In this document: piece by piece, positions 1 through 9,514 of the stretch
Position numbering within the stretch: the first letter of the stretch is position 1
Layout: every line of letters starts with the position of its first letter
Virus record (IMG/VR): IMGVR_UViG_3300017780_004042
Location: 1 to 43,016 of that record
Length of the DNA stretch: 43,016 nt
From: a virus
Taxonomy: Duplodnaviria > Caudoviricetes
Direction: 5' to 3' (one strand)
Position numbers and translations under genes: made by a program
The notes under the pieces: generated by a model
What the model was told of the DNA's origin: nothing
The model's input: only the letters and a program-made list of their open reading frames with translations
Databases searched by the model: none

Positions 1-240
1 AAGGAGGGCCGCCTGTCCCCTTCGATTTATCGCGTTCCCGCTATTTGCCCGGCATTTCCTCCCGCGCGCGGGCAGATACTACATTTAGTATCTGATTGAT
101 TAGATTCTAGTAATCAGAATAATCCGCGCTATTGGCCTGTGAATACACATAAAGCCCACCTCGCTTGCGCAGGCTTTGCTGCCAGCGAGGCAGTGATAGG
201 CGGGGTCGCTCGACACCTCCCTTATTGCGCAAGCAAACTA

Positions 241-567
241 ATGAGCGCACCCCGCACCCCAACAGCATCCTGGCGGAACGAAACCAAGTCCGCATCCGCC
301 CGTGGTTATGACCATCGGTGGCAGAAGGCCAGAGCCGCCTACCTGCGTGAGCATCCACTTTGCGTGATGTGCACGGCGGAAGGCAAGCTGACACCGGCCA
401 ACGTGGTGGATCACATAGAGCCCCACCGTGGTGACCAGACCCTGTTCTGGGACCACGCCAACTGGCAGGCGCTGTGCAAGCAGCACCACGATTCGGACAA
501 ACAGATGTGGGAGAAATCCCAGTCTGAGCGCACCAAGTTCACCCCTGACGGAAAAGTTGTCTGGTAA
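241..567 (+). CDS. HNH endonuclease, terminase-associated (HK97 gp74-like)
   Basis: RGYDHRW..R..YLREHPLCxxC...VVDHIEPHRGD...FWD..NWQALCxxHH motifs; stop overlaps terS start (TAATG). ATG 241 preferred over the extension from 139. Confidence 0.9.
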   Translation: MSAPRTPTASWRNETKSASARGYDHRWQKARAAYLREHPLCVMCTAEGKLTPANVVDHIEPHRGDQTLFWDHANWQALCKQHHDSDKQMWEKSQSERTKFTPDGKVVW

Positions 568-1028
568 TGGCAAAGAAAACCCTCGACTCCAACGCCGCCG
601 CGAGTGCTGTGAAAGCGATGGCCAACGCTGCCAAAGCCATCCCCCGGCCACCGGCCCACGTAGCGCTGCGCCCACAGGACGAGCCGTTCTGGCCCGGTAT
701 CTACAAGGCCAAGTCGGTGGACGAGTGGACGGACGCCCACATGGTCATCGGTGCACAACTCGCCCGCTCGATGGCCGACCTTGAGAAACAGCAGAACCTG
801 CTGGACTCCGAGGGCACGGTAATAGAAAACGCCAAGGGAACGATGGTTATGAACCCCCGAGTGTCGGTGCTGGAAGCCTTGGCCCGCCGCGAAATGGCGC
901 TCATGCGGGCGCTGGGTCTGACCGGCAAAGCCAGCGCAGACCCACGCGATGCGCAGGGTAAACGCAAGATCGAACAGCAGTCGCGCAAGCTCCGCGAGGA
1001 ACTTGAGGACGACGAGCTGTTGGCCTGA
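567..1028 (+). CDS. terS: terminase small subunit
   Basis: Directly upstream of TerL; PPAH, W, G-x-V-I-x-N-x-x-G-x-x-x-x-NP and ALGLT pattern typical of P27-like TerS. Confidence 0.85.
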   Translation: MAKKTLDSNAAASAVKAMANAAKAIPRPPAHVALRPQDEPFWPGIYKAKSVDEWTDAHMVIGAQLARSMADLEKQQNLLDSEGTVIENAKGTMVMNPRVSVLEALARREMALMRALGLTGKASADPRDAQGKRKIEQQSRKLREELEDDELLA

Positions 1029-2554
1029 TGGCTACCAAGAAACCCAAACCCGCAGGCAAACGCACTCGCGGGGAGAAGGTATGTGCGTTCATTGAAACGT
1101 ACTGCCTGGCGCCAGAGGGTCAGCACATTGGCAAGCCCATCGTGCTGGAGCCCTTCCAGAAGAAATTTCTGCTGGACATCTACGACAACCCGCTGCGCAC
1201 GCACACGGCCATCCTGTCCATCGCTCGGAAGAACGGCAAGACCGCTTTGATCGGCGGCATGTTGCTGGCCCACCTGTGCGGCCCCGAAGCGGTGCAGAAC
1301 AGCCAGATCGTTTCTGGTGCACAGAGCAAAGAGCAGGCCGCTGTGGTGTTTGAGCTGGCCCGCAAGATGATCGAAATGTCGCCCAAGCTGTCCAAGCTGG
1401 TGCGCGTACAGCCCTCCGGTAAGCGCTTAATTGGGCTGTCCAAGAACGTGCTGTACCGGGCGCTGTCAGCCGAGGGCAAGACCGCTCACGGCCTCTCGCC
1501 CATCCTGGCCATCTTGGACGAAACCGGCCAGATCGTCGGGCCGACAGACAAGTTTGTTTCCGCAATCACCTCCGCCCAAGGTGCTTACGAAAACCCACTT
1601 CTCATAACCATTAGCACCCAGGCGCCAACGGACGCCGACCTGCTGAGTACGTGGATTGACGCGCAGCGCAATGCGCCCGACCCCCGCGTGGTGTGCCATG
1701 TGTACGAGGCACCGGCAGACTGCAAGATGGATGACAAAAAGGCATGGGCCGCAGCGAACCCAGCGATGGGTAAGTTCCGCTCCATTGACGACATCGAGAA
1801 GCAGTGCAAGTCCGCGATGGAAATGCCTGCCAACGAGCCTGAGTACCGCAATCTGATCTTAAATCAGCGAGTGGAAGCCCAAAGCCCATTCGTGTCGCAG
1901 TCAATTTGGCAGGGCAACGGCGAAGCCTGCGGACCCATCGAGGGCAAGAAAATCTGGTGCGGGCTTGATCTGTCCAGCGTGAACGACCTGACCGCGATGG
2001 TGGCCGTCACCGAGGATGGCGGCGTGCACCCAGAGTTCTGGCTACCAGCCGAGGGCTTGGCCGAGAAGTCGCGCAAGGACCGCGTGCCCTATGACCTTTG
2101 GGCCAAGCAGGGCCACCTGAACACCACACCGGGCCGTGCGATTGAGTACGAGCATGTGGCTGACTTTATGCGCGGTCTGTTTGACCGCTGCGATGTCCAG
2201 CAAGTCGCCTTTGACCGGGCGCTGTTTGAGCATCTGAAACCGTGGCTTATCAAAGCTAACTTTGGCGATGACGAGCTTGAGAAATTCGTTCCCTACGGGC
2301 AAGGCACCCTGAGTATGACCCCCGCGCTGCGTGCGCTGGAAGTCAAGCTGCTGGGCAATCAACTCCGTCACGGGAACCACCCTATTTTGGAAATGTGCGC
2401 CAAGAACGCCAAGGTAGTAGGCGATTCGGGGGCGCGGAAGTTCGACAAAAAGCACCAACGGGGCCGCATCGACGGCATGGTGGCGTTGGCGATGGCTTGT
2501 GGCGTGATGCCGCTGTCAGAGCCCGAAACAACCTCATTCTGGGAAACAGCATAG
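1028..2554 (+). CDS. terL: terminase large subunit (HK97/Terminase_1 type)
   Basis: LEPFQK, Walker A ARKNGKT, Walker B ILDE, ISTQ coupling motif, nuclease GLDLS and RIDGMVALAMA. Confidence 0.97.
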   Translation: MATKKPKPAGKRTRGEKVCAFIETYCLAPEGQHIGKPIVLEPFQKKFLLDIYDNPLRTHTAILSIARKNGKTALIGGMLLAHLCGPEAVQNSQIVSGAQSKEQAAVVFELARKMIEMSPKLSKLVRVQPSGKRLIGLSKNVLYRALSAEGKTAHGLSPILAILDETGQIVGPTDKFVSAITSAQGAYENPLLITISTQAPTDADLLSTWIDAQRNAPDPRVVCHVYEAPADCKMDDKKAWAAANPAMGKFRSIDDIEKQCKSAMEMPANEPEYRNLILNQRVEAQSPFVSQSIWQGNGEACGPIEGKKIWCGLDLSSVNDLTAMVAVTEDGGVHPEFWLPAEGLAEKSRKDRVPYDLWAKQGHLNTTPGRAIEYEHVADFMRGLFDRCDVQQVAFDRALFEHLKPWLIKANFGDDELEKFVPYGQGTLSMTPALRALEVKLLGNQLRHGNHPILEMCAKNAKVVGDSGARKFDKKHQRGRIDGMVALAMACGVMPLSEPETTSFWETA

Positions 2555-3774
2555 TGAACCTCTTTGGTAAATTATTCGGGCGCAAAGCATCCGAACTGAC
2601 CTACGACCAGGTGGCAAACCTGATTGATGGGTCGGGCGGCAGCGTTGTCGCCGGGGTAACTGTCACTGACAAGAGCGCTTTGCAAGTCTCCACCGTGCTG
2701 GCTTGCGTCAAAGCGATTGCAGACGGCTGCTCCACACCAGACCTGCATGTGTACCGCGAACTGGAGGATGGGACGCGCCAGAAGGCCACCAACATCCCCG
2801 AGTACCGCTTACTGAGCCGCCGTCCGAACGAGTGGCAGACCAGCTTTGAATGGCGTCGGCAAATGACCATCCACGCGGCCCTGACCGGCGCCGCCTTGTC
2901 CATCAAGGTGCGTGGAGACAACCGCCGCGTGCGAGAACTGTTGCCGGTGACCCCCGGCCAGTGGGATGTCGAGCGCACATCCCGCTACGGCGTCATGTAC
3001 CGCTGTTGGGACCAGTTCGGGATGATCGGACAGTTCAAACCCGATGATGTTTTCCTGCTGAACAACCTGCAATGGGATTGGGTCAAGCCCATGAACGCGG
3101 TCACGCTTGCGCGGGCTGCCATCGGCTTGGCAATGGCCACAGAGCGCAGCCAATCGGCCATGCACGCCAACGGGCTTCGCCCCAGTGGTACATACACCGT
3201 AGAAGGCAACCTGAACCCCGAGCAGCATGAGCGCCTGAGTGCGTTCCTGAAACGCAAAAGTGGGCCTGACAACGCGGGCACACCTCTCATTCTTGACCGC
3301 GCAGCCAAGTGGTTCAACACCAGCATTTCGGGTGTCGATGCCCAGCACGTTGAGACAAGACGACTCCAGATTGAGGAAATATGCCGTGCATATGGCGTGT
3401 TCCCCATCATGGTGGGCCATAGCGACAAGTCAGCGACCTTCGCCAGCTCCGAGGCGTTTTTCAGCGCCCACGTTAAGCACACGCTGGCCCCTTGGCACCG
3501 CGCCTGGACCCAGCGCATTGACGAAATGCTGCTGGACGGCAGCGGCCCGCTGTTTGCCGAGTTTGACACCCGCTACATGACAGCGGGCTCGATGGCTGAC
3601 CGCGCACAGTGGGCACGCACGATGGTGGAAATGGGTATCTACACCCGCAACGAGATTCGGGACAATGAAGGTCTTGACCCGTTGGTGGGACTGGACGAGC
3701 CGCTGACCCCCATGAACATGAACCAAGGCAACGAGTCGGAAGACCCGAAGGAACCCGCTGACGCAGCGGAATAA
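2554..3774 (+). CDS. portal protein, HK97 family
   Basis: ALQVSTVLACV..IA, RPNEWQT.FEW, EEICRAYGVFP.MVG, TRNEIR..EGL.P. GTG start at 2554 overlaps terL stop. Confidence 0.95.
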   Translation: MNLFGKLFGRKASELTYDQVANLIDGSGGSVVAGVTVTDKSALQVSTVLACVKAIADGCSTPDLHVYRELEDGTRQKATNIPEYRLLSRRPNEWQTSFEWRRQMTIHAALTGAALSIKVRGDNRRVRELLPVTPGQWDVERTSRYGVMYRCWDQFGMIGQFKPDDVFLLNNLQWDWVKPMNAVTLARAAIGLAMATERSQSAMHANGLRPSGTYTVEGNLNPEQHERLSAFLKRKSGPDNAGTPLILDRAAKWFNTSISGVDAQHVETRRLQIEEICRAYGVFPIMVGHSDKSATFASSEAFFSAHVKHTLAPWHRAWTQRIDEMLLDGSGPLFAEFDTRYMTAGSMADRAQWARTMVEMGIYTRNEIRDNEGLDPLVGLDEPLTPMNMNQGNESEDPKEPADAAE

Positions 3775-3782
3775 GGAAACTC

Positions 3783-4442
3783 ATGGAAACAAAACACTTC
3801 GACGTTGGCTTTGAAATCAAAGCAGTCAACGCAGACGGCACCGTGGAAGGCTACGGCTCCGTGTTCGGTGTCAAGGACAGCTACGCCGATGTGATTCAAA
3901 AAGGCGCATTCGTGCAGTCCATCAAGACTCACCGCGAAAGCAAGTCGATGCCCGCTTTGCTGTGGCAGCACGATGCCTCCCAGCCCATCGGCATCTGGAC
4001 TGAAATGAGCGAGGACGACAACGGCCTGATGCTCAAGGGCAAGCTGGCGATGGACACCGTGAAGGGCAAGGAAGCCCATGCGCTGCTCAAGATGGGCGCA
4101 ATCAACGGCCTGTCCATCGGCTTCATGACCAAGCAGTCGAAGTTTGACGAAAAGACAGAAGTTCGCACGCTGACCGAGGTGGAGTTGTGGGAAGTGTCGC
4201 TGGTGACATTCCCAGCCAACACCAAAGCGCGTGTGACTCAGGTGAAGGCCGCCGAAGCGGGCAGCATCACCACCATACGTGAAGCGGAAAAGACTCTACG
4301 GGACGTAGGTTTTTCGCCTGACGCGGCCAAGGCATTCGTTGCCGAAGTCAAACGCATCGCTTTGGATGAACGGGACGTTCGTGAAGCGGTTGCGGCAGAA
4401 GACGCAGCCAAACGGCTGCTCAAAACCCTGACCACTTTATAA
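3783..4442 (+). CDS. prohead maturation protease, HK97 family
   Basis: EGYGSVF, LLWQHD...PIG.W, GLSIGF, LWEVSLVTFPAN. Confidence 0.95.
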   Translation: METKHFDVGFEIKAVNADGTVEGYGSVFGVKDSYADVIQKGAFVQSIKTHRESKSMPALLWQHDASQPIGIWTEMSEDDNGLMLKGKLAMDTVKGKEAHALLKMGAINGLSIGFMTKQSKFDEKTEVRTLTEVELWEVSLVTFPANTKARVTQVKAAEAGSITTIREAEKTLRDVGFSPDAAKAFVAEVKRIALDERDVREAVAAEDAAKRLLKTLTTL

Positions 4443-4451
4443 GGACTACCC

Positions 4452-5708
4452 ATGTCAGAAATTGCTAAAACCATTGACTCGATTGCAACCGCTTTCGAGG
4501 AATACAAATCCACCAACGATGCCCGCATCGAAGCCATCAAGGCTGGCAAGGGCACTGCCGAACTGGACGCCAAGCTGGCCCGCATGGACACCGCTATCGA
4601 CTCCATGAGCGAAGTGAAGTCCAAGTTGGAAGATATGGAAACCAAGTTGAACCGCCCAGGCGTGTTCGACACCAAGGGTGACAGCACCAGCCGCGAAGCT
4701 GCCGAGTACAAAGGCGCTTTCCTGAACTGGATGCGTGCCCCTGGCGACCATGAGCGCCAGCAGAAAGTCACTGCCGCGCAGAAGTCGCTGGAAACCCGCG
4801 CTGCTGACGCACGCACTACCGTTGGTGCTTCTGGTGGTTTCGCACTGCCCGAGGAAATCGAGCGTGCTATCGCCCGCATCGGCGTGGACATTTCCCCAAT
4901 CCGCGCTCTGGCAACAGTTCGCACAGTCGGCTCACCCGACTACAAGGAACTGGTCGATGTCAACGGCGCTGCGTTTGAGTGGTTGGGCGAAACCGACACA
5001 CGCAACCAGACCAATACCCCTGACATGGCAGAAGTTGCCCCTACCTTCGGCATGGCATCCGCCAAGCCACAGGCCACCGAAGAATCGCTGGACGACCTGT
5101 TCTTCAACGTGGAAGATTGGTTGGTTAGCTCCGCTGCCGAAGCCATCTATGCAGGCGAGGGCGCCGCTTTCGTGTCCGGTAACGGCACCAAAAAGCCCAC
5201 AGGATTCTTGGCTGGCCCAACACCGTTGGCAACTGCTGACTCCAGCCGCGCATTCGGTACGCTGCAATACATTGCTTCGGCGCAAGCCGCCGCGATGCCA
5301 ACCAGCCCCGATGTGTTCTTCGACATGATCTACAGCCTGCGTGCACGCTATCGCGCGAACGCAACTTGGGTCACATCCAAGGCCGTGCTGGCGACCATCC
5401 GCAAGTACAAGGAAGCAACCACCAACGCCTACATGTGGCAGCCCGCATTGGCAGCCGGTCAGCCATCGAGCTTCGCCGGTTTCTCAATGGTTGAGGCCGA
5501 GGACATGCCAGCAGTCGGCGCCGGTACGTTCCCCTTGGCGTTCGGTGACTTCAAAGAAGGCTACCTGATTGCTGACCGCGTGGGTATGCGTATGACACGC
5601 GACGAAATCACCACACCTGGTTACGTCAAGTTCTACATCCGCAAGCGTGTGGGAGGAAAGCTCCGCAACACACAGGCGATCAAGCTATTGAAAATCGCTG
5701 CGTCCTAA
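4452..5708 (+). CDS. major capsid protein, HK97 fold with N-terminal delta domain
   Basis: Coiled-coil N-terminus, GGFALPEE, AFVSGNGTKKPTG, AFGDFKEGY, KRVGG; SD AAGGA upstream. Confidence 0.97.
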   Translation: MSEIAKTIDSIATAFEEYKSTNDARIEAIKAGKGTAELDAKLARMDTAIDSMSEVKSKLEDMETKLNRPGVFDTKGDSTSREAAEYKGAFLNWMRAPGDHERQQKVTAAQKSLETRAADARTTVGASGGFALPEEIERAIARIGVDISPIRALATVRTVGSPDYKELVDVNGAAFEWLGETDTRNQTNTPDMAEVAPTFGMASAKPQATEESLDDLFFNVEDWLVSSAAEAIYAGEGAAFVSGNGTKKPTGFLAGPTPLATADSSRAFGTLQYIASAQAAAMPTSPDVFFDMIYSLRARYRANATWVTSKAVLATIRKYKEATTNAYMWQPALAAGQPSSFAGFSMVEAEDMPAVGAGTFPLAFGDFKEGYLIADRVGMRMTRDEITTPGYVKFYIRKRVGGKLRNTQAIKLLKIAAS

Positions 5709-5723
5709 TCGGACACAACCAAG

Positions 5724-5747
5724 AGGCCCACTTCGGTGGGCCTTTTT
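5724..5747 (+). terminator. intrinsic terminator after capsid gene
   Basis: AGGCCCAC-TTCG-GTGGGCCT followed by T-tract. Confidence 0.85.
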
Positions 5748-5761
5748 CATTGGGGAAACAC

Positions 5762-5971
5762 ATGAAACTCACCGCCATCAAAGACTTCGCATTCAGCACA
5801 GACGGTATCCATCTAACTGCCTACACAGCAGGCGCCGAGATAGACACCGACCACGCCGAGCTGATTGAAGTCTCTGTGCGCGAAGGGTGGGCAGCGTCCC
5901 CAACGGAAAAGGCTGACAAGCCCGTAGCAAACAAGGCACGCAAGACCGCGCCTGAAAACAAAGGAGAGTAA
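5762..5971 (+). CDS. small virion-associated protein downstream of capsid
   Basis: 69 aa; low-complexity C-terminus NKARKTAPENK is typical of post-capsid small proteins. Confidence 0.6.
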   Translation: MKLTAIKDFAFSTDGIHLTAYTAGAEIDTDHAELIEVSVREGWAASPTEKADKPVANKARKTAPENKGE

Positions 5972-5974
5972 CTC

Positions 5975-6442
5975 ATGGCAACAGGCGACATCAAATGGTT
6001 TCAGCAAGGCCTGCTGGACCTTGGCAACAAAATCCACAACCTTAGCAGCGATGCCTTGCAGCTAGGTATCGTTACCACCACTACGGTGCCGACGATGGCA
6101 ACAGCGGCACCGCACTGGGGCGGCACTGGCACCACCAACTTTGCCACCAACCAGGTCGGCATTGGCGGCGGTTACACCGGGCCGATTGCACTTGCGTCTG
6201 TCACCTGGACCAACGTGTCAGGCGTGTTGACCCTCCGCGCCACCGATGTGGTGGTGCCGCAAAACGCATCGGGCTTTTCCAACGGTGCGTGGGGCATCAT
6301 CTACAACAACACCGACGCCAATAAGCGGGCCATTGGTTACGTGGAGCTATCCAGCGCTGGCACATTGAGCATTGTGTCCGGCAGCTTCACCATCGACTTC
6401 CAGGGCGCGGGCACCGATGTGCTGCGCATCACTCCAGCCTAA
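5975..6442 (+). CDS. virion structural protein (beta-rich, possibly head appendage base)
   Basis: SD AAGGAG; GGGYTG..LASVTW and AWGIIYNNT pattern; lies in the structural operon. Confidence 0.6.
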   Translation: MATGDIKWFQQGLLDLGNKIHNLSSDALQLGIVTTTTVPTMATAAPHWGGTGTTNFATNQVGIGGGYTGPIALASVTWTNVSGVLTLRATDVVVPQNASGFSNGAWGIIYNNTDANKRAIGYVELSSAGTLSIVSGSFTIDFQGAGTDVLRITPA

Positions 6443-6445
6443 CCC

Positions 6446-6796
6446 ATGCCCTACATCGCAGACCGCGTACAAGAGACCACGGCCACCACGGGCACGGGAG
6501 CTGTCACGCTTGCCGGAGCCGTGACTGGCTACCGGACTTTCGCGGCGGGCTTTCCCGGTGGTGCGTGCATTGTGCAGTACCTGCTGGTGAGTGGCGCGGC
6601 GTGGGAGGTCGGCACGGGGACGTTCAACGGCACCACCTTGCTCACCCGCGACACCGTGCAGTCGAGCAGCAACAGCAACAACTTGGTAAGTCTGTCAGGA
6701 ACCAGCAACGTGTTCTGCACGGCTGGCGCAGAGCTTCTGAATAACGCAGGCCGGGGCGCACTTGTTGCGGCCATCAGCGGCTTGGCAATGCCTTAA
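6446..6796 (+). CDS. fibre-type structural protein
   Basis: ADRVQETTATTGTGAVTLAGA..GYRTF and WEVGTGT..LTRDTV.SSS, an N-terminal module common in phage fibre proteins. Confidence 0.65.
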   Translation: MPYIADRVQETTATTGTGAVTLAGAVTGYRTFAAGFPGGACIVQYLLVSGAAWEVGTGTFNGTTLLTRDTVQSSSNSNNLVSLSGTSNVFCTAGAELLNNAGRGALVAAISGLAMP

Positions 6797-6804
6797 GGAT
6801 CATC

Positions 6805-7245
6805 ATGGCCGGAAATAACGAACCCATCTACAGCCGTGCTGGCGTAATCAGCATGAGGACTGCCGCAGCCCTTGGCGTGGCATCCAACCGCACCTCGATT
6901 TACGATGCGACCAACGCAACCACGGACAAGATTCTGTTCACTGCTGACGCGACCAATGGCGGATATGTACAGCGCATCCGCTTCAAAGCGCTCGGAACCA
7001 ACGCGGCTGCGGTGGCTCGCATCTACATCAACAACGGTTCAGCGCAGACAACGGCTACCAACAACCTGCTCTACGGCGAGCTAACCCTCCCAGCCACCAC
7101 GGCATCGACCACGGCTGCAGTTGTGGATATCGACTACCCCATGAACATGGCGCTGCCACCCGGTTACACCATCATCGTGGGCGTGAGTGCGGCGGCTGAT
7201 CTGGCCGCCGGATGGACTGCTGGTGTCATCGCTGGGAAATACTAA
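6805..7245 (+). CDS. hypothetical structural protein
   Basis: SD AAGGA; Thr/Ala-rich beta character; coupled to neighbours. Confidence 0.55.
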   Translation: MAGNNEPIYSRAGVISMRTAAALGVASNRTSIYDATNATTDKILFTADATNGGYVQRIRFKALGTNAAAVARIYINNGSAQTTATNNLLYGELTLPATTASTTAAVVDIDYPMNMALPPGYTIIVGVSAAADLAAGWTAGVIAGKY

Positions 7246-7692
7246 ATGTTCTACGACCTTGTTGAATTTTTCGACGGGGTGCAGGCGGTGCGCGAAGTGG
7301 ACCCTACCGGGCGCATCACTCGCTACTGCACACCCGAGGGCGTGGACATTGGGCGCTTGCATGAGCAGGCGAACATCGTCGGCACGGCATCACCCGCATG
7401 GGCACTGCCTGACCCCGTGGTCGAGCAGCCAGCACCCTACGTCCCACCCGCTCGGCGGCTGACCAAGTTGGCCTACATCGGGCGACTGGGGCCGGACTTC
7501 ATCAGCGTCTTGGTAGCTTCAAAGGTGAGCGTGGAGGTGGAGGCATTCGTGCGGATGCTGGACTGGGCCACACCGGACCCAGACGGCACAAGCATCGACC
7601 TTGACGACCCTCGCGTGATCTACGCACTGAACACGCTCGAAGCGAGTGGCGTGATCGGCGTTGGCCGCGCTGCGGAGATATTGAATGCTTGA
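7246..7692 (+). CDS. putative fibre assembly/chaperone-like protein
   Basis: Abuts upstream stop; C-terminal LDDPRV..AL..LE..GVI...RAAEIL motif seen beside fibre genes. Confidence 0.45.
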   Translation: MFYDLVEFFDGVQAVREVDPTGRITRYCTPEGVDIGRLHEQANIVGTASPAWALPDPVVEQPAPYVPPARRLTKLAYIGRLGPDFISVLVASKVSVEVEAFVRMLDWATPDPDGTSIDLDDPRVIYALNTLEASGVIGVGRAAEILNA

Positions 7693-8587
7693 CTTTAGCC
7701 ACATACCCACTCCGCATGGGGCGGCTACGGTTGAGACGTTTGTGGGGACAAACGCACTATTTTCATGGCAGAAGCCACGCGGCAAGTCTTTCGCGCACAT
7801 CCTACTCGTCGGCGCTGGTGGTAACGGAGGTAACGGTGCGGTCGGTGCAAACAGCACAGCGGCTGGCGGGGGCGGTGGCGGCTCTGGACCGCAAGTCTCC
7901 GTCATGGCGCCCTTGTGGGCCATCCCTGATACTCTGTGGCTGACCCTACCTAGTGGCGGCACAGGCAACAACGCGAGGGTGTCTATTGCGACCGATGCGG
8001 TTGCCAACAATACACTGTTAGGAGCAGGCGCAGGCGGTAACGCCGGGAATGCCTCGGGCGCTACCGCAGGCGCTGCGGGGGGCGCGACATCTGCCGCAAC
8101 CGCTGCAACCATGCCCCTCGGCTGGCAGTGGCTCGACCAAGCCCTCGCGGGCCAAGCAGGCATCATCGGTGGCGTGGCAGTCGCAGGCGCGGCTCTCACT
8201 CTTCCAACCAGTGGTCTTCTGGTCACGGGCGGTACGGGTGGTGGTGGCCTACCAGCCACAGCAACAACAGGCACAGCAGGCGGTGCGTTCACCGTTGCAG
8301 GCGTATTCCCAGCCCACGCAGGCGGTGCGACACAGGCCACAGCCACAGCCCCCGGCAACCCCGGCCAACACGGCTACCGCCCCATCGCTAACCTGCTCTA
8401 CGGCTACGGCGGTACGGGTGGTGGTTCTTCGCACGGTTCTGCCACGGGTGCAGGTCTGTTCGGCGGCAACGGTGGCAACGGTGCGCCCGGCTGCGGTGGC
8501 GGTGGTGGTGGTGGTTGCTTGACAGGCGGCGTTGCTGGTGTCGGCGGCCTCGGAGGCCCAGCCTTCTGCGTCATCACATGCTGGTGA
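7685..8587 (+). CDS. glycine-rich (polyglycine) adhesin-like protein, paralogue 1
   Basis: WQKP...VGAGGNGG, many GGxGG runs, C-terminal GGPAFCVITCW. Confidence 0.7.
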   Translation: MLDFSHIPTPHGAATVETFVGTNALFSWQKPRGKSFAHILLVGAGGNGGNGAVGANSTAAGGGGGGSGPQVSVMAPLWAIPDTLWLTLPSGGTGNNARVSIATDAVANNTLLGAGAGGNAGNASGATAGAAGGATSAATAATMPLGWQWLDQALAGQAGIIGGVAVAGAALTLPTSGLLVTGGTGGGGLPATATTGTAGGAFTVAGVFPAHAGGATQATATAPGNPGQHGYRPIANLLYGYGGTGGGSSHGSATGAGLFGGNGGNGAPGCGGGGGGGCLTGGVAGVGGLGGPAFCVITCW

Positions 8588-8591
8588 CGCC

Positions 8592-9509
8592 ATGCTAGAT
8601 TTATCACACATTCCAAGTCAGTACCCGAACGCTGATGTGCAGGTGTTTGTGGGTGGAGGTATCAACGCAGCACAGGCCGTGACTTGGCAAAAGCCACGCG
8701 GCAAGTCCATGGGGCACATACTCATAGTCGGACCCGGCGGTAACGGCGGCGCTGGGGTTATTGGTGCCAACAGCCTTGCAGGCGGCGGTGGAGGCGGCGG
8801 CTCGGGCGGCCAGACTTCTCTGCGGTTCCCGCTTCACCTCATCCCCGACACGCTGTTCCTGTACCTGCCCCAAGGTGGGGTTTTTCAGAACGCCCAAGTC
8901 TCTATCTCTGACAACCTTAACGCCAGCAACATCTTCGCTCAAGCAGGCGCAGGCGCAGTCGGCGGTAACGGCACGGCTGTACCCGCTGGTGGTGTTGGTG
9001 GCAGCGGAGGCGGTGCGGTAGGCTCGACCCAGTTGCGGCTCGGCTGGCAATTTATCCAGCAGGCGATTGGGGGGCAGACTGGTGCGACTGGAGGCACAAC
9101 CGGCGCTGGCTCCAGCGTAGCGCTCCCAACGTCTGGCCTTCTCGTAACGGCTGGCGCAAGCGGTGCCGGATTAGTTGCTGCAGCCGTTAGCGGTGGTAAT
9201 GGCGGGCGCCTTACGCCAGCAGGAGTGTTTGGTGGAACGCCGGGAGCGTCAGGGGCGGGGGCTGCGACCTTTATCCCTGAGTCTGGTGCACACGGCTACC
9301 AACCCATCCCCAACCTCTTGTACTACTACGGCGGCTCTGGCGGCGCATCCACTCACGGCTCTGCAACAGGTGCTGGCCTAGTCCAAGCCTCGGGTGGCGA
9401 TGGCGCTCCCGGTTGCGGTGGAGGGGGTTCTGGCGCTGCGCTGACAGGCTCCACACCGGGTGTGGTTGGCCTTGGTGGGCCAGCCTTCTGCATCATTACT
9501 TGCTGGTGA
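8592..9509 (+). CDS. glycine-rich (polyglycine) adhesin-like protein, paralogue 2
   Basis: Start set at 8592 by alignment to paralogue 1 (MLDLSHIP); ends GGPAFCIITCW. Confidence 0.7.
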   Translation: MLDLSHIPSQYPNADVQVFVGGGINAAQAVTWQKPRGKSMGHILIVGPGGNGGAGVIGANSLAGGGGGGGSGGQTSLRFPLHLIPDTLFLYLPQGGVFQNAQVSISDNLNASNIFAQAGAGAVGGNGTAVPAGGVGGSGGGAVGSTQLRLGWQFIQQAIGGQTGATGGTTGAGSSVALPTSGLLVTAGASGAGLVAAAVSGGNGGRLTPAGVFGGTPGASGAGAATFIPESGAHGYQPIPNLLYYYGGSGGASTHGSATGAGLVQASGGDGAPGCGGGGSGAALTGSTPGVVGLGGPAFCIITCW

Positions 9510-9514
9510 ACTAA

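Noticed and set aside
2395-2553. N-terminal extensions in the ORF track (portal, also 10695, 18063, 25044, 40850)
   Set aside because: They overlap upstream genes extensively; internal starts coupled to the upstream stop or with an SD fit better.
7685-9509. Diversity-generating retroelement TR/VR pair
   Set aside because: No reverse transcriptase in the window; both copies are full ORFs and differences are not adenine-specific.
7685-9509. Collagen-like repeats
   Set aside because: Gly runs are GGxGG/GGGG, not sustained Gly-X-Y triplets.
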